From positions 188,170,001-188,234,000 of the forward strand of contig OZ024743.1 in the NCBI GenBank assembly GCA_964016885.1: a stretch of DNA of 64,000 nt, given 5' to 3'. The stretch comes from Eledone cirrhosa. Taxonomy: Eukaryota. Below, one piece after another: positions 24,540 to 37,414 of this stretch. Below the pieces are notes generated by a model. The model saw nothing but the letters and a program-made list of their open reading frames with translations, was not told the origin of the DNA and did no database searches. Within the stretch, counting starts at the first letter, position 1. Every line of letters starts with the position of its first letter. Made by a program: the position numbers and the translations under genes.

Positions 24540-27500
24540 TAAGCAAACGAAACCATAACTGAGGTCTAGAAAAAGAGAAAGAACAGTTTGAGCATGGATC
24601 TTGGAAAAACTATCCATCAGTAAGCTATCACAGCAATAAAATACATTAAACATTACATGAGTAAATGGCAAAAATTTATGCTGATAAACAAAAATTAAGC
24701 CCTTTTTCATTTGAAGAAAAATAATTTAAAGACTCTCTGTTTTCCTACCCTTTTCCTATCTAGCACATTAATCAACATGATTAATATGACTGGACTTGAT
24801 TATAACTGCTTTAATATGACATTCAACCATCTTTTCTATATGAATGAACTTAAGCTATATGATGCAGATAAAAAAACAATTAGGAATACTTCTGGAGATG
24901 CTGCATGAATTTGCCATAAAGAGAGGAAAATTAATTAAGAACACTAATATCTTGCTAGATAAAGAAACTGAGATAAGAGAATTAGATCAAACACAAACAT
25001 AAAAAATGCTTTGTAATCAATGAACTAGAAAATGTACAGCACATACATATTACAGATTATGAAAGAATACTATAGGTGCAGTAGATCAATATTTAAAAAC
25101 AGATCTAATAGATTACTAAATGAGGAGAATGCATGGGAAGAAGAGACCCTACCCCAAGTAGACCCTATAGAGGGACCAGCAGTACAAGTCAGCAGCAGCG
25201 TAGTAAGTAAGGCAATCAAAGATATGAAGATGGGGAAGGCAACCGGTCCATCGGGTATAGCTGCCGAGATGCTGAAGGCATCTGGGTCTGTAGGTCACAC
25301 TATAACCACATGTATCGTTAACCAGGTAATACTAGAAGGGGCCATACCAAAAGATTGGTGCATCATTGTCAACTGCTACAAAGGCAAAGGCGATGCACTA
25401 GATAGAGGAAACTATAGAGGTATAAAGTTGATGGACCAGGTCATGAAAGTAACAGAAAAAGTTATAGCACAGCTGATTAGGGACCGGGTGAATATAGACG
25501 AGATGCAATTTGGGTTTGTACCAGGAAGAAGCACCACTGATGCCCTCTTCCTTGTGAGGCAATTACAGGAAAAGTACCTAGGTAAAAGTAAGCCACTCTA
25601 CTTGGCATTTGTCGACCTTGAGAAAGCCTTTGACAGAGTTCCACGTGCTGTAATCTGGTGGGCTCTTAGAAAACTAGGAGTAGATGAATGGCTTGTGAAA
25701 GCGGTACAAGCCATGTATAGGGGAGCAGTCAGCAAAGTTAGGATTAGCAATGAGTATAGCGAGGAATTTAGCGTACAGGTTCGGGTCCACCAGGGCTCTG
25801 TTCTTAGCCCTCTCCTGTTCAACATAGTCCTGCAGGCAATAACGGAGGAGTTTAAGACCGGATGCCCATGGGAACTCCTGTATGCTGATGACCTCGCACT
25901 CATAGCTGAATCTATGGTAGAACTAGAGAATAAATTCCAAACCTGGAAGCAGGGACTAGAGAGAAAGGGTCTCAAAGTCAACATGACCAAGACTAAGGTC
26001 CTTGTAAGTAGACGAGAAAACAGAACCCAGATCCCCTCGTCGGGGAAATGGCCTTGCTCAGTATGTAGGAAAGGTGTAGGTAGGAACTCCATTCTCTGCC
26101 CCAAATGCAAACAATGGGTACACAAGAGATGTAGCGGGATCTCAGGAAGCTTAATTAAGAATGTAGGATTCACATGCAGCAGCTGTGCTGAAACAGCAAG
26201 CAGCAAACAGCCACAGGAAACAAGTACCACCAATCTCTGGGAGGGCCCTGTAGAAACAGTAGACAGCTTCTGCTACCTAGATGACCGAATTAGCAACGGA
26301 GGTGGGTGTTCAGAAAGTACAATAACTAGGGTAAGAACGGGATGGAAGAAGTTTAGGGAACTACTACCACTGCTAGCTGCAAAAGGCTTCTCCCTCAGAA
26401 TGAAAGGCAGACTGTATGATGTGTGTATCCGAACAGCGATGTTGCATGGTAGTGAGACCTGGGCGCTGAAGGTGGAAGACTTACGTAGATTAGAGAGAAA
26501 CGAAGCCTGCATGCTCCGATGGATGTGTAACAGTAATATACGTGAACGACAAAGCATAAATGAATTGAGAGAGAGACTGAGCATAAGAGGAATCAAATGC
26601 TGTGTGCAGGAGAGGCGGTTGCGCTGGTATGGACATGTGATGCATATGAAGGATGACAGCTGCATAAAAAGGTGCAAAGCACTAGAAGTTGATGGAAACC
26701 GCGGAGTGGGGAGACCCAAGATGACCTGGGATGAGGTGATAAAAGCCGACCTTACCCAATTACACCTCTCAAAGACAATGACACACGACCGTGACTTCTG
26801 GCGTCACGCAGTAATACAGAGTACCCGACCTCCCATGGGTACATGCTGAAGCAAATAAACAATATGCCGCCACACCCCCCACCGCAAGGTGGTCGTGGAG
26901 GTGCCACGGAAAAAAAGCACCCAGCCCACACTGTAAAATGGACGTGTAGGCGCCACGAAAAAGCACCCAGCACTCACTGTAAATGAGGTTGGTGTTAGGA
27001 AGGGCATCCAGCTGTAGAAATCAAGCCAGATCAGTTCCTGTATGAGCAACGCATGGTCAGCCGACCAGACACTGCACACAACAGGACAACCCTTCTAACC
27101 CATGCTAGCGTGGAAGAACGGACGTAAAACGGTGATGATGATGATGATGATCTAAATAGAAAAAATAAGTTAATCAACGTCAACTCTAGCTCTCCTAGTA
27201 ATAAGTTATAGTTGTATTTTCAAATGGGTACTAAATGAACTAGCAAAACTAAACAGAAAAATGAGGATAAAATGTCTCTATCTAAAACAGATCATCCAAA
27301 ATCTGAGATATAAAGATCATATTTGCTTTGAATACAGAGTTAAGGACCTAATGCAACTATGAAAATTACTGTAATATATCTTCTATAGACTATGAAAATA
27401 TTTAGTATAGAATAATGGTAAACTAATATAAATAACTACAAAACACAAACAAAACAAAAAATCTGTGTTCTGTCTTTAAACAAACCAACAAATATGATAA

Positions 27501-28130
27501 GGATACAAAGAAAATGGAAAAATAACAGAAATTTTGATAAAAGTAAAATCTAAGCTTTTTTAGCAAGAAAAACTCCCATAACTTAAAAAAAAACTGAACA
27601 CAACTGAGTAAACAGAAAATTAGTAACACTTGCTGAAAGGTTCATGATACAAAAGTGAGATCAAATGAATCTTGGTTGAGGCACATAATCAAAGTCTCTT
27701 CACTAGAAACCACCAAAAGCAACTAATGAAACAATATACAGAATGTAACAGCAGAATACACAAACATGGGGATGAAACAGCCATATTTTCTTTAGTTGCC
27801 CAGTTATAGACTCATGATAATAAATATATACACAAAACAAAGTTGGGACTTATGTGCACCACCATTTATGCTAGCTTTATGAAACTGAATCTGAACAGAG
27901 GTGGTATAAGCATACACTAGAAAATGATAGAATGATCACACTCTGGAATATAATAATCAACACAGATAGAGAGATCAATGCTAATAGACAAATTGATTTT
28001 GTGAAGAATCACCTAGAAAACAAATGTATCCTAATTGAAGTATCAGTTTCAAAAGAAAATAATATATTTCCCAAAGAAAAAGTGCAATCGTCCAAATAAA
28101 CAGATCATAAAAGGAAGATGAATAATGTAG
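24540..28130 (+). mobile_element. Decayed R4/Dong-like element split by an RTE insertion
   Basis: NHLFYMNELKLY and KEYYR upstream of 25112. Similarity resumes after 27149 (LWNIIINTD, ILIEVSV). Confidence 0.65.
25113..27148 (+). mobile_element. RTE LINE, 5'-truncated, uninterrupted RT-PHD ORF to 26849, with target-site duplication
   Basis: NYRGIKL, QFGFVPGRSTTDA, FVDLEKAFD, HQGSVLSP, YADDL, C4HC3 finger and RLRWYGHV; (GAT)n tail. TSD is GATCTAATAGA / GATCTAAATAGA. Confidence 0.96.
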
Positions 28131-28229
28131 ACAGGAGGAATGTCATTGCTGGAATACAGTTGATTATAGGTCAAGACACACTTGTAGTTAAACAACAGCA
28201 AAAACAATCAAGAGAAATAATGGCCCTTA

Positions 28230-29150
28230 ACATAGACACAAGGTCAGAAATTTGTTGGTGAAGGGAAAGTTGATTATATCGGCCCCAGTACTTAAATGTT
28301 ATTTCATTTTATCAACCCTGGAAGGATGAAAGGCAGAATTGATGTCAGTGCATTTGAAACCAGAACATAGATTGTCATAAAGAAACACTGTAATGTGTTC
28401 TGTTTATAAATGGTGAATATAATTACATCACATTAATTCCTTTAATAGGAACATTTAGAGTGTCATAAACCATGCTTTGCAACATAGAGTTATGGTTCTT
28501 TATGGTCTGAGTTCAAATCTCACTGAGGTTAACTTTGCCTTTCATCCTTATGAGGTTCATAAAATAATGTACCAGTAATGGACTTCAGTCGATTTAATCG
28601 ACTTTCTTCTCCCTCCAAATTGTTGGCCTTGTGCCTAAATCAGAAACTATTATTTATCCCTTACTAGATGAAAACATAAGCATGCTATTGTTGGTATATT
28701 TTAGCTAGTTATGGGCTTATCTGTCCATGCAGGCCAATTATGAATCTGGATAAAATGATTGTGATTTGAACTCAGAATACAACAAAAGCATCACATACAA
28801 CACTTTGACTTGAACTTTATCAACCCCTGAAATAAGTCAACGTTGATATTAGCGGGTTTTAAACTCAGAGTGCAGACAGAGCCAGAACAGATAGTGCAAG
28901 CCAATGTTCTGACAATTCCACCAATCCACTACCTAGGACTGATAATAATTGTGTAATAAAGTGGTGCAAGGTCAGTTATTTGGGGAAAGGGGAAAGTCAA
29001 CCATATCGACCCTAACACCTACCTGATACTTCATTTTATCAACCCATAATGGTAAAGTTGACTTCAGTAGGATTAGAATTTAGAATGTAGAAAGTTGTAA
29101 TTTAATGCTGAAAAGCATTTTGTTCGATACTACCTATCAACCGGCCCCAG
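28230..29150. mobile_element. Cluster of ~4 old TAA-tailed SINE copies on both strands
   Basis: Degenerate TTTTATCAACCC..GGATGAAAGGC and GAGTTCAAAT..GAGGTTAACTTTGCCTTTCATCC motifs. Confidence 0.7.
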
Positions 29151-29374
29151 GACTGACGATAATAATTTCTTTATTTCTTTTCCTCATTTGTATCTATTTT
29201 TTCATCTTATTTCTTTACATAAGTTTAGCTTAATTTTTCTTTCTTATATTTAAATTTATTTCTTCATTCACTTCATGTATTCTTCTCATATTAGTGTATC
29301 TACATGACTGGAGTTTGTAATCTATAATAACAACGAACCTGGAGTTTGTAATCTATAATAACATCAAACTTTTC

Positions 29375-29541
29375 AAGTTAGTCACTTGCTTTGCTAAAAA
29401 TAGCAGCTAAATCTTCTTCAAATTATTCTATACTATCTTGGGAAAGAAATGGAGACACTGGATAATATAGTTCTAAACTGAATCAGAAAGGATGGACATT
29501 TGATCACAGATCAACATTATTGGAGCTAAACCACCACAACA
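29375..29541 (+). mobile_element. Old dispersed repeat with (CAA)-like tail (also ~40660-40830, 47360-47560, 48340-48510, 52310-52500, 63165-63232)
   Basis: Shared AGC..AAATCT..CTCAAAT..ACCATCTT...GGATGG...TTTGATC...GAGCTAAACAA pattern. Confidence 0.55.
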
Positions 29542-29887
29542 TATTTACATGAATTTTTCTCCTAGAAATGTTAAGACATATAAATATTGTTTTCTAAAGT
29601 AAAGGTAAAGTACAACACTCTGCATTTACTAAAGAGATAGAGATCCAATTTAAGTTTAAACAGTGGGCATGAAGCTGTAAACCTTATGAATATATCATTG
29701 TGACAAACAGAACGAATGATAAATCTTTTATAGAGCTTCAGATTAAAGAACTTTCCATAATATTGATTTTTCATATTGTCCTGAGGCTAAACTCTGTATG
29801 AAGCAGATAACTAAATACTGCAGGGCATGGTGTTTGGTGCTTTACCACTTCTATTAACTGTCCTTTTACTTGAAATGATGTGAAGAT

Positions 29888-30245
29888 GAGGCATGGCTAA
29901 CTGGTTAAGTTTGCTTTGCAAATATAAGCTTTAGGGTTTGATCCCACAGCATGGTTTCATGGCAAATAATTTTACTATAGCCTCAAATGGACACAAACTT
30001 TGTCAGTGAAATCGAATACAAGGAAAATTTATTTAAATCTGTCAGATGGATTATACCTGTTGTTTAAAGGCCTAGACTTGTCACTTATAGTGCTATATTG
30101 ATTTCGTTTGAAAATAGTTCCAAGGATACATGTTTCTGTGGAAGACTCAGTTACTTACACATTCATTTAATGAGTATGATGAAATCTTTTGATTTCTTTG
30201 TTGACCAAGTCTCTGAATGCTCATAACTGAAACCAGTGGAAGACC
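29888..30245 (+). mobile_element. Degenerate CORE-type SINE
   Basis: GGCATGGCT..TGGTTAAG head and GGTTTGATCCCA B-box. Confidence 0.5.
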
Positions 30246-31629
30246 CATTAATTCCAATAGTGATATCATGAACCAAAAATGACAGGAGAGTTGTGTAATT
30301 CATTAAATCACCTCCAGTATTTTATTCTCATTTATTTCATATTCACCAAAATGATAAAAGATAATGTTGAACTACACAGCATAACTGGTAGAGATTTATT
30401 TTTCAGTTGGCTTTATAGTAGGTTTGAAAACATTATAGATGTGTTGATAGATTCCTTCATTTCAATACTGTAAATAAATACTGAGTTGTAACAGGAAATG
30501 TTCATATATGTCTAATAAAATGTTCTGACCAAGGTAGAACTCAAGCAAAACTATTGACCTCTCAGACTGGCCATGGGCCCATATCTTGCTTACATTTGTT
30601 CCCATGCACTATTGCATGCATTTTATCATGCCAATAACACTAAGGATGTCATCATATCTTATACATAACTGAAGAGTTTTTCCAACTCTTTGTTTGTCAG
30701 ACTCTCTATAGCTGGATACTTAAGGATTACCCATGTTCAAATTTTGATAGTGCTTGAGTTCTTGATATACGAATCTGGTTAAATTCAATCCTTTTGGTAA
30801 TTCCTGATGATATTTAGGTATTTATATATTGTGTTTTTGTATAAATAACTTAATTTGTTGTTTCTGATTGATTTGTTGTTTACATATTCATGTAAACAAT
30901 TCCATCACCTGTATGGAAACGATTGTAGATATTAAAAATGGATTTAATTTAATTAACTTGGTTTTCTTCATTTTAAATATTTATGCTCTGCTTCCTTTAC
31001 TGTCCTCAACAGTAAGAACTTTAACCTCTGGAAGAGTATTTCAATTGTTTTGAATTCCTTTTGTTCTGAAGACTGTAAGCATGCACTGAGCTTTTCTCAC
31101 CTTACCAAGAGTAATAGTAGAATATTCCAAATAATCACTTTCATATATATATATATAGTGGCTGAGAGAAAAGAGTACTCAGTACTGAAGTAGAGTTTTA
31201 ATATTCATTTTATTAATGCTAAATAGTGAGTCTTGCTACTCTGGAATTTCACCTGTTTATCACAGGGTCGTCAGACTAGAATTCTTGTCTGATGACCCTG
31301 TGATAAACTGGCAAAACTTCACAGTAAAATTACGTAAAATGATGATGATGATGATGATGATGATATATACACATATATTTATACCTGTCATGCATTTCAT
31401 TGACTCTTGAGATTAGATGAAAGAAAAAGTTGCTCCTCCGTCACAATATCAACTTTTATAGAAACATAGGATTTAACCCTTTAGCATTTAAACCTGCCAT
31501 GTCTGGCCATAATTCTCTCACCTCTGTTTGTTCAAACTGGCCATGACTGGCCACTCATACTGACTTTATGGTATTGTTCTCAAAATAAATAACATCAAAA
31601 TCTCATAGATTCGATATTATGAAAGATAA

Positions 31630-33327
31630 CACCGTGTAACATATATGTTGTTCCCCAATTCTAATTTTTCATTTCCTGGTTTGTTATATTCCATTATTAT
31701 AAAAAAACACTATTATTTAATCAGAAGTTTGGGTTTGTGGTCATGAGTTTGATATTTCGAAATTTTCATATTTTTCAAGAAAAAACACATTTAAAAAAAA
31801 TTTATCAGTTCATATAATTAAATCAACAGAGTATATATTTATTTTATTACACAAGCTTATCAAAAGCAAACAAGTAAAAACAAATAACACTTATAAAGCA
31901 ACTTATACACGTCAGAAATGACTGGATTTTCTGGATTTGCGGTTGTAGTCCAGGTTGCATTCCCGCACTAGCCCCCAGATATAGTCCCCCATCATTTTTT
32001 CATTGTAGTGGCCCTGGTACCTCCGCTCTCTCTTTCACATCTTGGTGGAATCGTTCGCCTTGTTCTTCTGAGTAGGCGCCCATATTGTCCTTGAATTTTT
32101 CCAGGTGAGCGTCCAGCATATGGAGTTTAAGTGACATCCTGCATCCCATGGCGCCAAAAGACTTTATCAGATCCAGCACCTTGCTGGTAGTTTTCAGCTC
32201 TGTAGTTGCCCAGGAAGCCCTTAACAACTGCCTTGAAACAGTTCCATGCTGTTCTCTCAATCCTATTGAGCTTATTGGAGAACTCGGTAGACTCAAACAC
32301 CTTTATCTGAGGTCCAACAAAAATTCCACCTTTGATTTTGGCTTCAGATAACTTGGGGAAGAACTCAAGAAGGTACTTAAAAGTGGCTGATTCTTGGTTG
32401 AGAGCCTTCACAAACTGCTTCATCAACCCCAACTTAATGTGCAGTGGTGGCATGAGCACAATGCTGGGATCAACCAGTGGCTCCCACATGACGTTCCAGG
32501 TCCCAACTACAAATTCTGTTCACTGCTCCCAGTTCTTTCTTTTGTAGTGGTCAGAGGTGGCTCTGCTGTCCCAAAGGCAGCGGAAGCATTGGAGTTTGAT
32601 AAAGCCTCCTTGGAGTCCAAGCAGGAAAGCCACCATCTTGAAGTCTCCAATGATTTCCCAATTGTACTGGTTGTATTGCAGAGCTTCCAAGAGGACTTTC
32701 ACACTGTAATAATCTTCCTTCAGGCAGACTGAATGAGCTAGGGGCAGTGTCGGGAACTTGTTTCCATTGTGGAGGAGGACACCCTTCAAACTTGTGGTGG
32801 AGCTGTCTATAAATAGCCACCACTCCTTGGGCACAAACAGCATCCCAATAACGTCAAACAGTCCAGGCACGTCATGGCAGAAGCAGAGGCCATCCCTAAG
32901 AGTGTAAAAGACTGAAAAAGGTTTGTGTCGACTTCTCTGACTTGTCACCTGCACTTCCTCCTTGACCAAGTTCCACTACTTCATCCTGGAGACGAATGCT
33001 TAAAACACAACTTACCCTTTATTCAGGGTGTGGAAATCCAGTATCAATAATCTCTTTAATCCACTTTTTAACAATTTTATAATTTTCTTTAGGTGTTACT
33101 CTTTATTTTATAATTTTAATTTAACCTGAAACATATATAAAAAATCATTTAACATAAGCAAATTAAACTTACATACAACGTAATAAATAATGAATAACTT
33201 AGAATTTTTACAAACCCAAACTTTTAACTGTTTAATAGCACTTTTTTTTTTATTTGGGACCTAAGCAACACAAAAAAAGTGATTACAAGCAAGGAACAGA
33301 GAAAAAAAATATTTTTGTTACACGGTG
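31630..33327 (-). mobile_element. Chapaev3 (CMC superfamily) DNA transposon, internally deleted and frameshifted
   Basis: TIR CACCGTGTAACA and 3-bp TAA TSD. Transposase motifs WLFIDSS..LKGVLLHNGN, GDFKMV..LGLQGG, PPLHIKLGLMKQFVKAL, MSLKLH and SEEQGERFHQD. Confidence 0.9.
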
Positions 33328-33345
33328 TAATAATATAAAATGAAT

Positions 33346-33686
33346 GGAGGCACATGGCTTAGTGGTTAGAGCATTGGCCTTGCAATCGGAAGGTTGTGAG
33401 TTCAATTCTCAGACCGGGTGATGTGTTGTTTCCTTGAGCAAGACACTTTATTTCACATTGCTCCAGTTTACTCAGCTGTAGAAATGAGATGATAGGACTG
33501 GGGTCCATATCATTCCACTGCAAAGTGGTCGTGGAGGTGCCATGGCAAAAAAATACCCAGCACTCACTGTAAATGAGGTTGGTGTTAGGAAGGGCATCCA
33601 GCTGTAGAAATCAAGCCAGAATCAGTTCCCGTCCCACCCTTGCAAGCAGGGAAAAGCGGATATAAAATGAAATGAAATGAAATGAA
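33346..33686 (+). mobile_element. Full-length CORE-type tRNA SINE with RTE-derived tail
   Basis: A-box TGGCTTAGTGG, B-box GAGTTCAATTC, CCTTGAGCAAGACACTT core, RTE tail motif and (AAATG)n. Candidate TSD AAATGAAT. Confidence 0.9.
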
Positions 33687-33879
33687 TATATAATAGTAAA
33701 TATAGAGTAATACAAATGCTAAAGGGTTAAAAAAAGAGTTGATCCTAGGAGTATTTTCATTCAGTATATTATCAGTATGTTGGCAGTAAGTGTCAAAAAG
33801 CATTTAACTTGATGCTGTACTATTCTTACCAATTTATTATTGTCTAACTAAATATTTTCCTAATATTAAGAAGTCTTAT

Positions 33880-34560
33880 GAAAAGTAACGTTTGTAGAGA
33901 AAATGCATATAGATTAGGTGTTTATGTTAGCAGGGGGTCATTGTTAAAGGAAATGGAAGTGTTCTTCATTGATTATGTTGCAGGAAAAAGAAAGTAATTC
34001 TTTTGTATCCTTAAGGTTATTATCCACAACCTTAAAGATGATAGGATATTTTATCATGAGAATAGATTAGACAAACTTTTAACTTGGCTGCAAATTGAGC
34101 AAGTTTCTTTTAGGCTCTTTATATGCATTTATTTCAGTGTCACTTGAGATAAAATAAGAAGAAGCATTCATGAATGTGCTATGAAGATAAAACAATGATG
34201 AATTTAGCTCTTATTTGAAATCTTTTGGTTATTTAAAGAAAAGCTTTTGGGTGAGGGAATTATCTGAGAAAGAGAATTATTCATGAAAAATGATTTCCTG
34301 TCTTACAGAAAGTGATAAAATGAGGATAGAGTTTGTTGTGAAAACAGTGTTATATAAAAGGGCAAGTTCTGAGTGAGAGGGCATTATTTGGGCAAAGATC
34401 AAAGCTGTTTTAGTGGTGAAGGAGGTAATCTCATTGAGAAGATAATATGTTTGGCATGTGGGGGTTGTTTAAAAAACACTTTTGTTTAGATTGATCATTA
34501 CGTTAAACATTATGTGAACAATATTTTTCTCTGATGTTTGGTCTTTGATACTTTATAGAA
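33880..34560 (-). pseudogene. Heavily decayed retroelement relic (possibly Penelope-like)
   Basis: Only weak coding-like traces. Confidence 0.25.
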
Positions 34561-35738
34561 TAACACATACCTATTTAATAATTAATTTAGTAGATAAAAT
34601 AACTATGTACACATACATATATATAAGTGTGTGTATGTATGTATATATATATGTATATAAACATATATATGTATGTGTGTGGGTGTGTGTATGTATGTGT
34701 TTGTGTGTACATGTATGCATGTATGAGTGTGTGTAAATGTAAATATATGTATAAAATATGTGTGCATGTTTATGTAATTATGAGTGGCTTACTGTAAGTG
34801 AAGTTGACTAAGTTATGATGTGCAGAGTAGGATCAATATTCCTGACTGGGCCTATTCCATTTATTCTACTAATGGCTCCAGGAAAGGCATAAATATCACA
34901 GTTCCTATCACCTCCCTTCTCTAAATGTCTATTAAGCTAAACTTCCACCAATGATTATCACTAATTATGAAAGCTTCAGTAATCAATTCTATTCATCTTA
35001 TACATTTTTGAATTTTATATAATATATTTGTATAGAAATAAATAATTCACCTGAACTTTTACCTTTGCTATATACATATTTATATATTGAGATTGAGGCA
35101 GGCTGAACTAGAGAAGACCTGTCCAACAAATGAAAGCATAGAAAAGCAGACATATTTAGCATACTGTCTTTGGCTGGATGCCCTTCCTATATCCAACAAC
35201 ATTACAGAGTGCACTGGGTGCATTTTATCATAGAATCTGCACTAGACAGGTTGTTACAGATGGGAGAGTTCACTCTACTTTATATTGTCCTTTTTGATCA
35301 TCAACCAATTTATTGAGGGTTCTGGGTCCATTTTATTCTGGCACCAACTCTAGAGACGTCAAGTAATCAACAGGACCAGTCTCTTTACCCACTACATTAT
35401 GGGAAGATTAGCGAATATGTCTTGTCAACTATAGGCTAAAAGGTTCTTTCTACTCCATGTAGACTCTGGTTTTTCATTACATACATTTTAACATCATAGT
35501 GCTTGTGAATGTATGAGTAAGATGAATTCTGTCTTGAACTGTGATCTGTCTAATCCATGGCACCATTGAAACAAATGTAAAATGATGATGATGATAATAT
35601 AAATATATGTTTATAGAATAGATACAGTCTACTCCTGCATGCCTGGACTCTCCACCTCAGCTCACACTCCCAAATGCCAGATTACTCATCTACCACCCCC
35701 AGCCTTGAACTCTTGAGAATATATAGTACTCTCTAAAG

Positions 35739-36147
35739 CAGTGCTTCTCAAACTATCTGATGTGGCGGACCAGCATTTTTTTTTTCAATGTGCCACATAC
35801 CTCTAATATTTCGTGCCGAGGTTAACTTTGCCTTTCATCCTTACGGGGTCGATAAAATAAAGTACCAGTAATACACTGGGTAATTGCTGGCCTTGTGCCT
35901 AACGTAGAAACAAAAAATATTAGTTTATACCGGAAACGATATATATAATGTATATAATAATAGTTGACCATTTCTTTATCTTCTATTTATTTTGTAAACA
36001 AATAATACAATATCAAAACATATAAAAATGCAATAAAAAAAATTCCTCAAATGATTCCTTAGCATGGTCTGGGCACTGGCCGCGTACCGGTAGCTGATGG
36101 CTTGCATACCGGCACCGGTCCACAGACCATCACTTTGAGTAGCATTG
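35739..36147. mobile_element. hAT (Charlie-like) MITE with a SINE fragment inside (35813-35915)
   Basis: TIRs CAGTGCTTCTCAAA / TTTGAGTAGCATTG and an 8-bp TSD CTCTAAAG / CTTTAAAG. Confidence 0.88.
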
Positions 36148-36495
36148 CTTTAAAGTATACATCAGCTGATTAGCCTAATTTGCATCTCAAGTGATTTTAC
36201 AGCTTGCTTTGCCAAAAAGTAAAAGCCAAATTTATTTTTGCTCTAACATGTAGCAGAATAGGGAGAAATGCACAATCTTGGCCAGGGGCAATAACTCCGA
36301 AGAAATTGTAGATTGTTATCTCTCTGCTAGTACTGGAACAAAAGGATGATGTTAGTCATCTAGAACACATGGTGTAATGGGGCTGTTTGCTTGGAAATGA
36401 ATCGAATATTGATAATATTATTATTATATTATTATTATTCACTCAAAAATGCATTTACATATCCACCATATTAGAGCGAAAACAAATTATATATA

Positions 36496-37414
36496 CTAGC
36501 AGTGGTACCCGACGTTGCACGGGATAAGGTATTTTGAAACGTGGGCCGCCAACAGACCTAATCGTGGAAAAACTGCATGCCTGGACAATATGTAAAGAAA
36601 ATAAACCGAATACTCTGATGGCTGGATAATCTTTAAGATTTTCCTCGATGAAGTAGTTAAAATGGAGGATTTCACATAATGCAGGCTAGGGGATTAAGAA
36701 AATGAATTTTTTTTATGTGCATAATATGCCTTGAAATTTCGGGAAAATCGGGTAGACGTAGCGCCTCCAAAAAGCCCTAAAAAGCTGAAAAAATGAAGTT
36801 TTTCACCTAATCCGGGCCCTAGGCCATAAAAGTTGGATTTTCTTTGCTCACGTTATGAAGAAGATACTGACTAATACATAGTTACAATTTCAAGGAAATC
36901 GGTTTGACGAAACGCCTAAAAAAAAACCTAAAATGCTTTAAAAACGCAGTTTTTCACATAATGCAGGCCTTAGGAGATAAAAAAAAGTTGAATTTTTGTA
37001 TGTGCATAACACTCCCTGAAACAAGTAATACACATGTAAAGTTTGAAAAAAATCGGTTGGGTACTTCTCGAGTTTTAGGGATTCAAACTCACACACACAC
37101 ACAGACAGACATCCTCAGGGAAGTGACGTAATGCAGACACCAGACATACAGACAGATATTATAAGGGCACGACGTTATATGTATGTATCTATCTAAAAAG
37201 AGAAAGACTAAGAAGTATAGAGAAAGATTGCTAAATCGCTTAATGCGGTCCCTAGGGCATTGAAAATTTGAAATTTCTTTGCTCGGGGCACTCCCTGAAA
37301 CATAAGTATTACATGTGTAAAGTTTGAAAACAGTCGGTTGGTTGGTTCTCGAGTTTTAGGGATTCAAACTCACACACACACACAGACAGACATCCTCAGT
37401 TTTATATATATAGA
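36496..37414 (-). mobile_element. Non-autonomous Helitron
   Basis: Minus strand has an A|TCTATATATAT 5' end, a subterminal CCCG..CGGG hairpin and a CTAG|T 3' end. The 5' block is duplicated internally (~37030-37118 vs ~37310-37399). Confidence 0.9.

Larger units (their letters stand above)
31473..33730. mobile_element. TTAA-flanked (piggyBac-type) MITE carrying two nested insertions
   Basis: TTAA-CCCTTTAGCATTT ... AAATGCTAAAGGG-TTAA. Removing the inserts gives the reverse complement of 61099-61313. Confidence 0.9.

Noticed and set aside
29308-29363. Short tandem duplications (also ~42510 and ~52286)
   Set aside because: Ordinary slippage duplications with no further structure.
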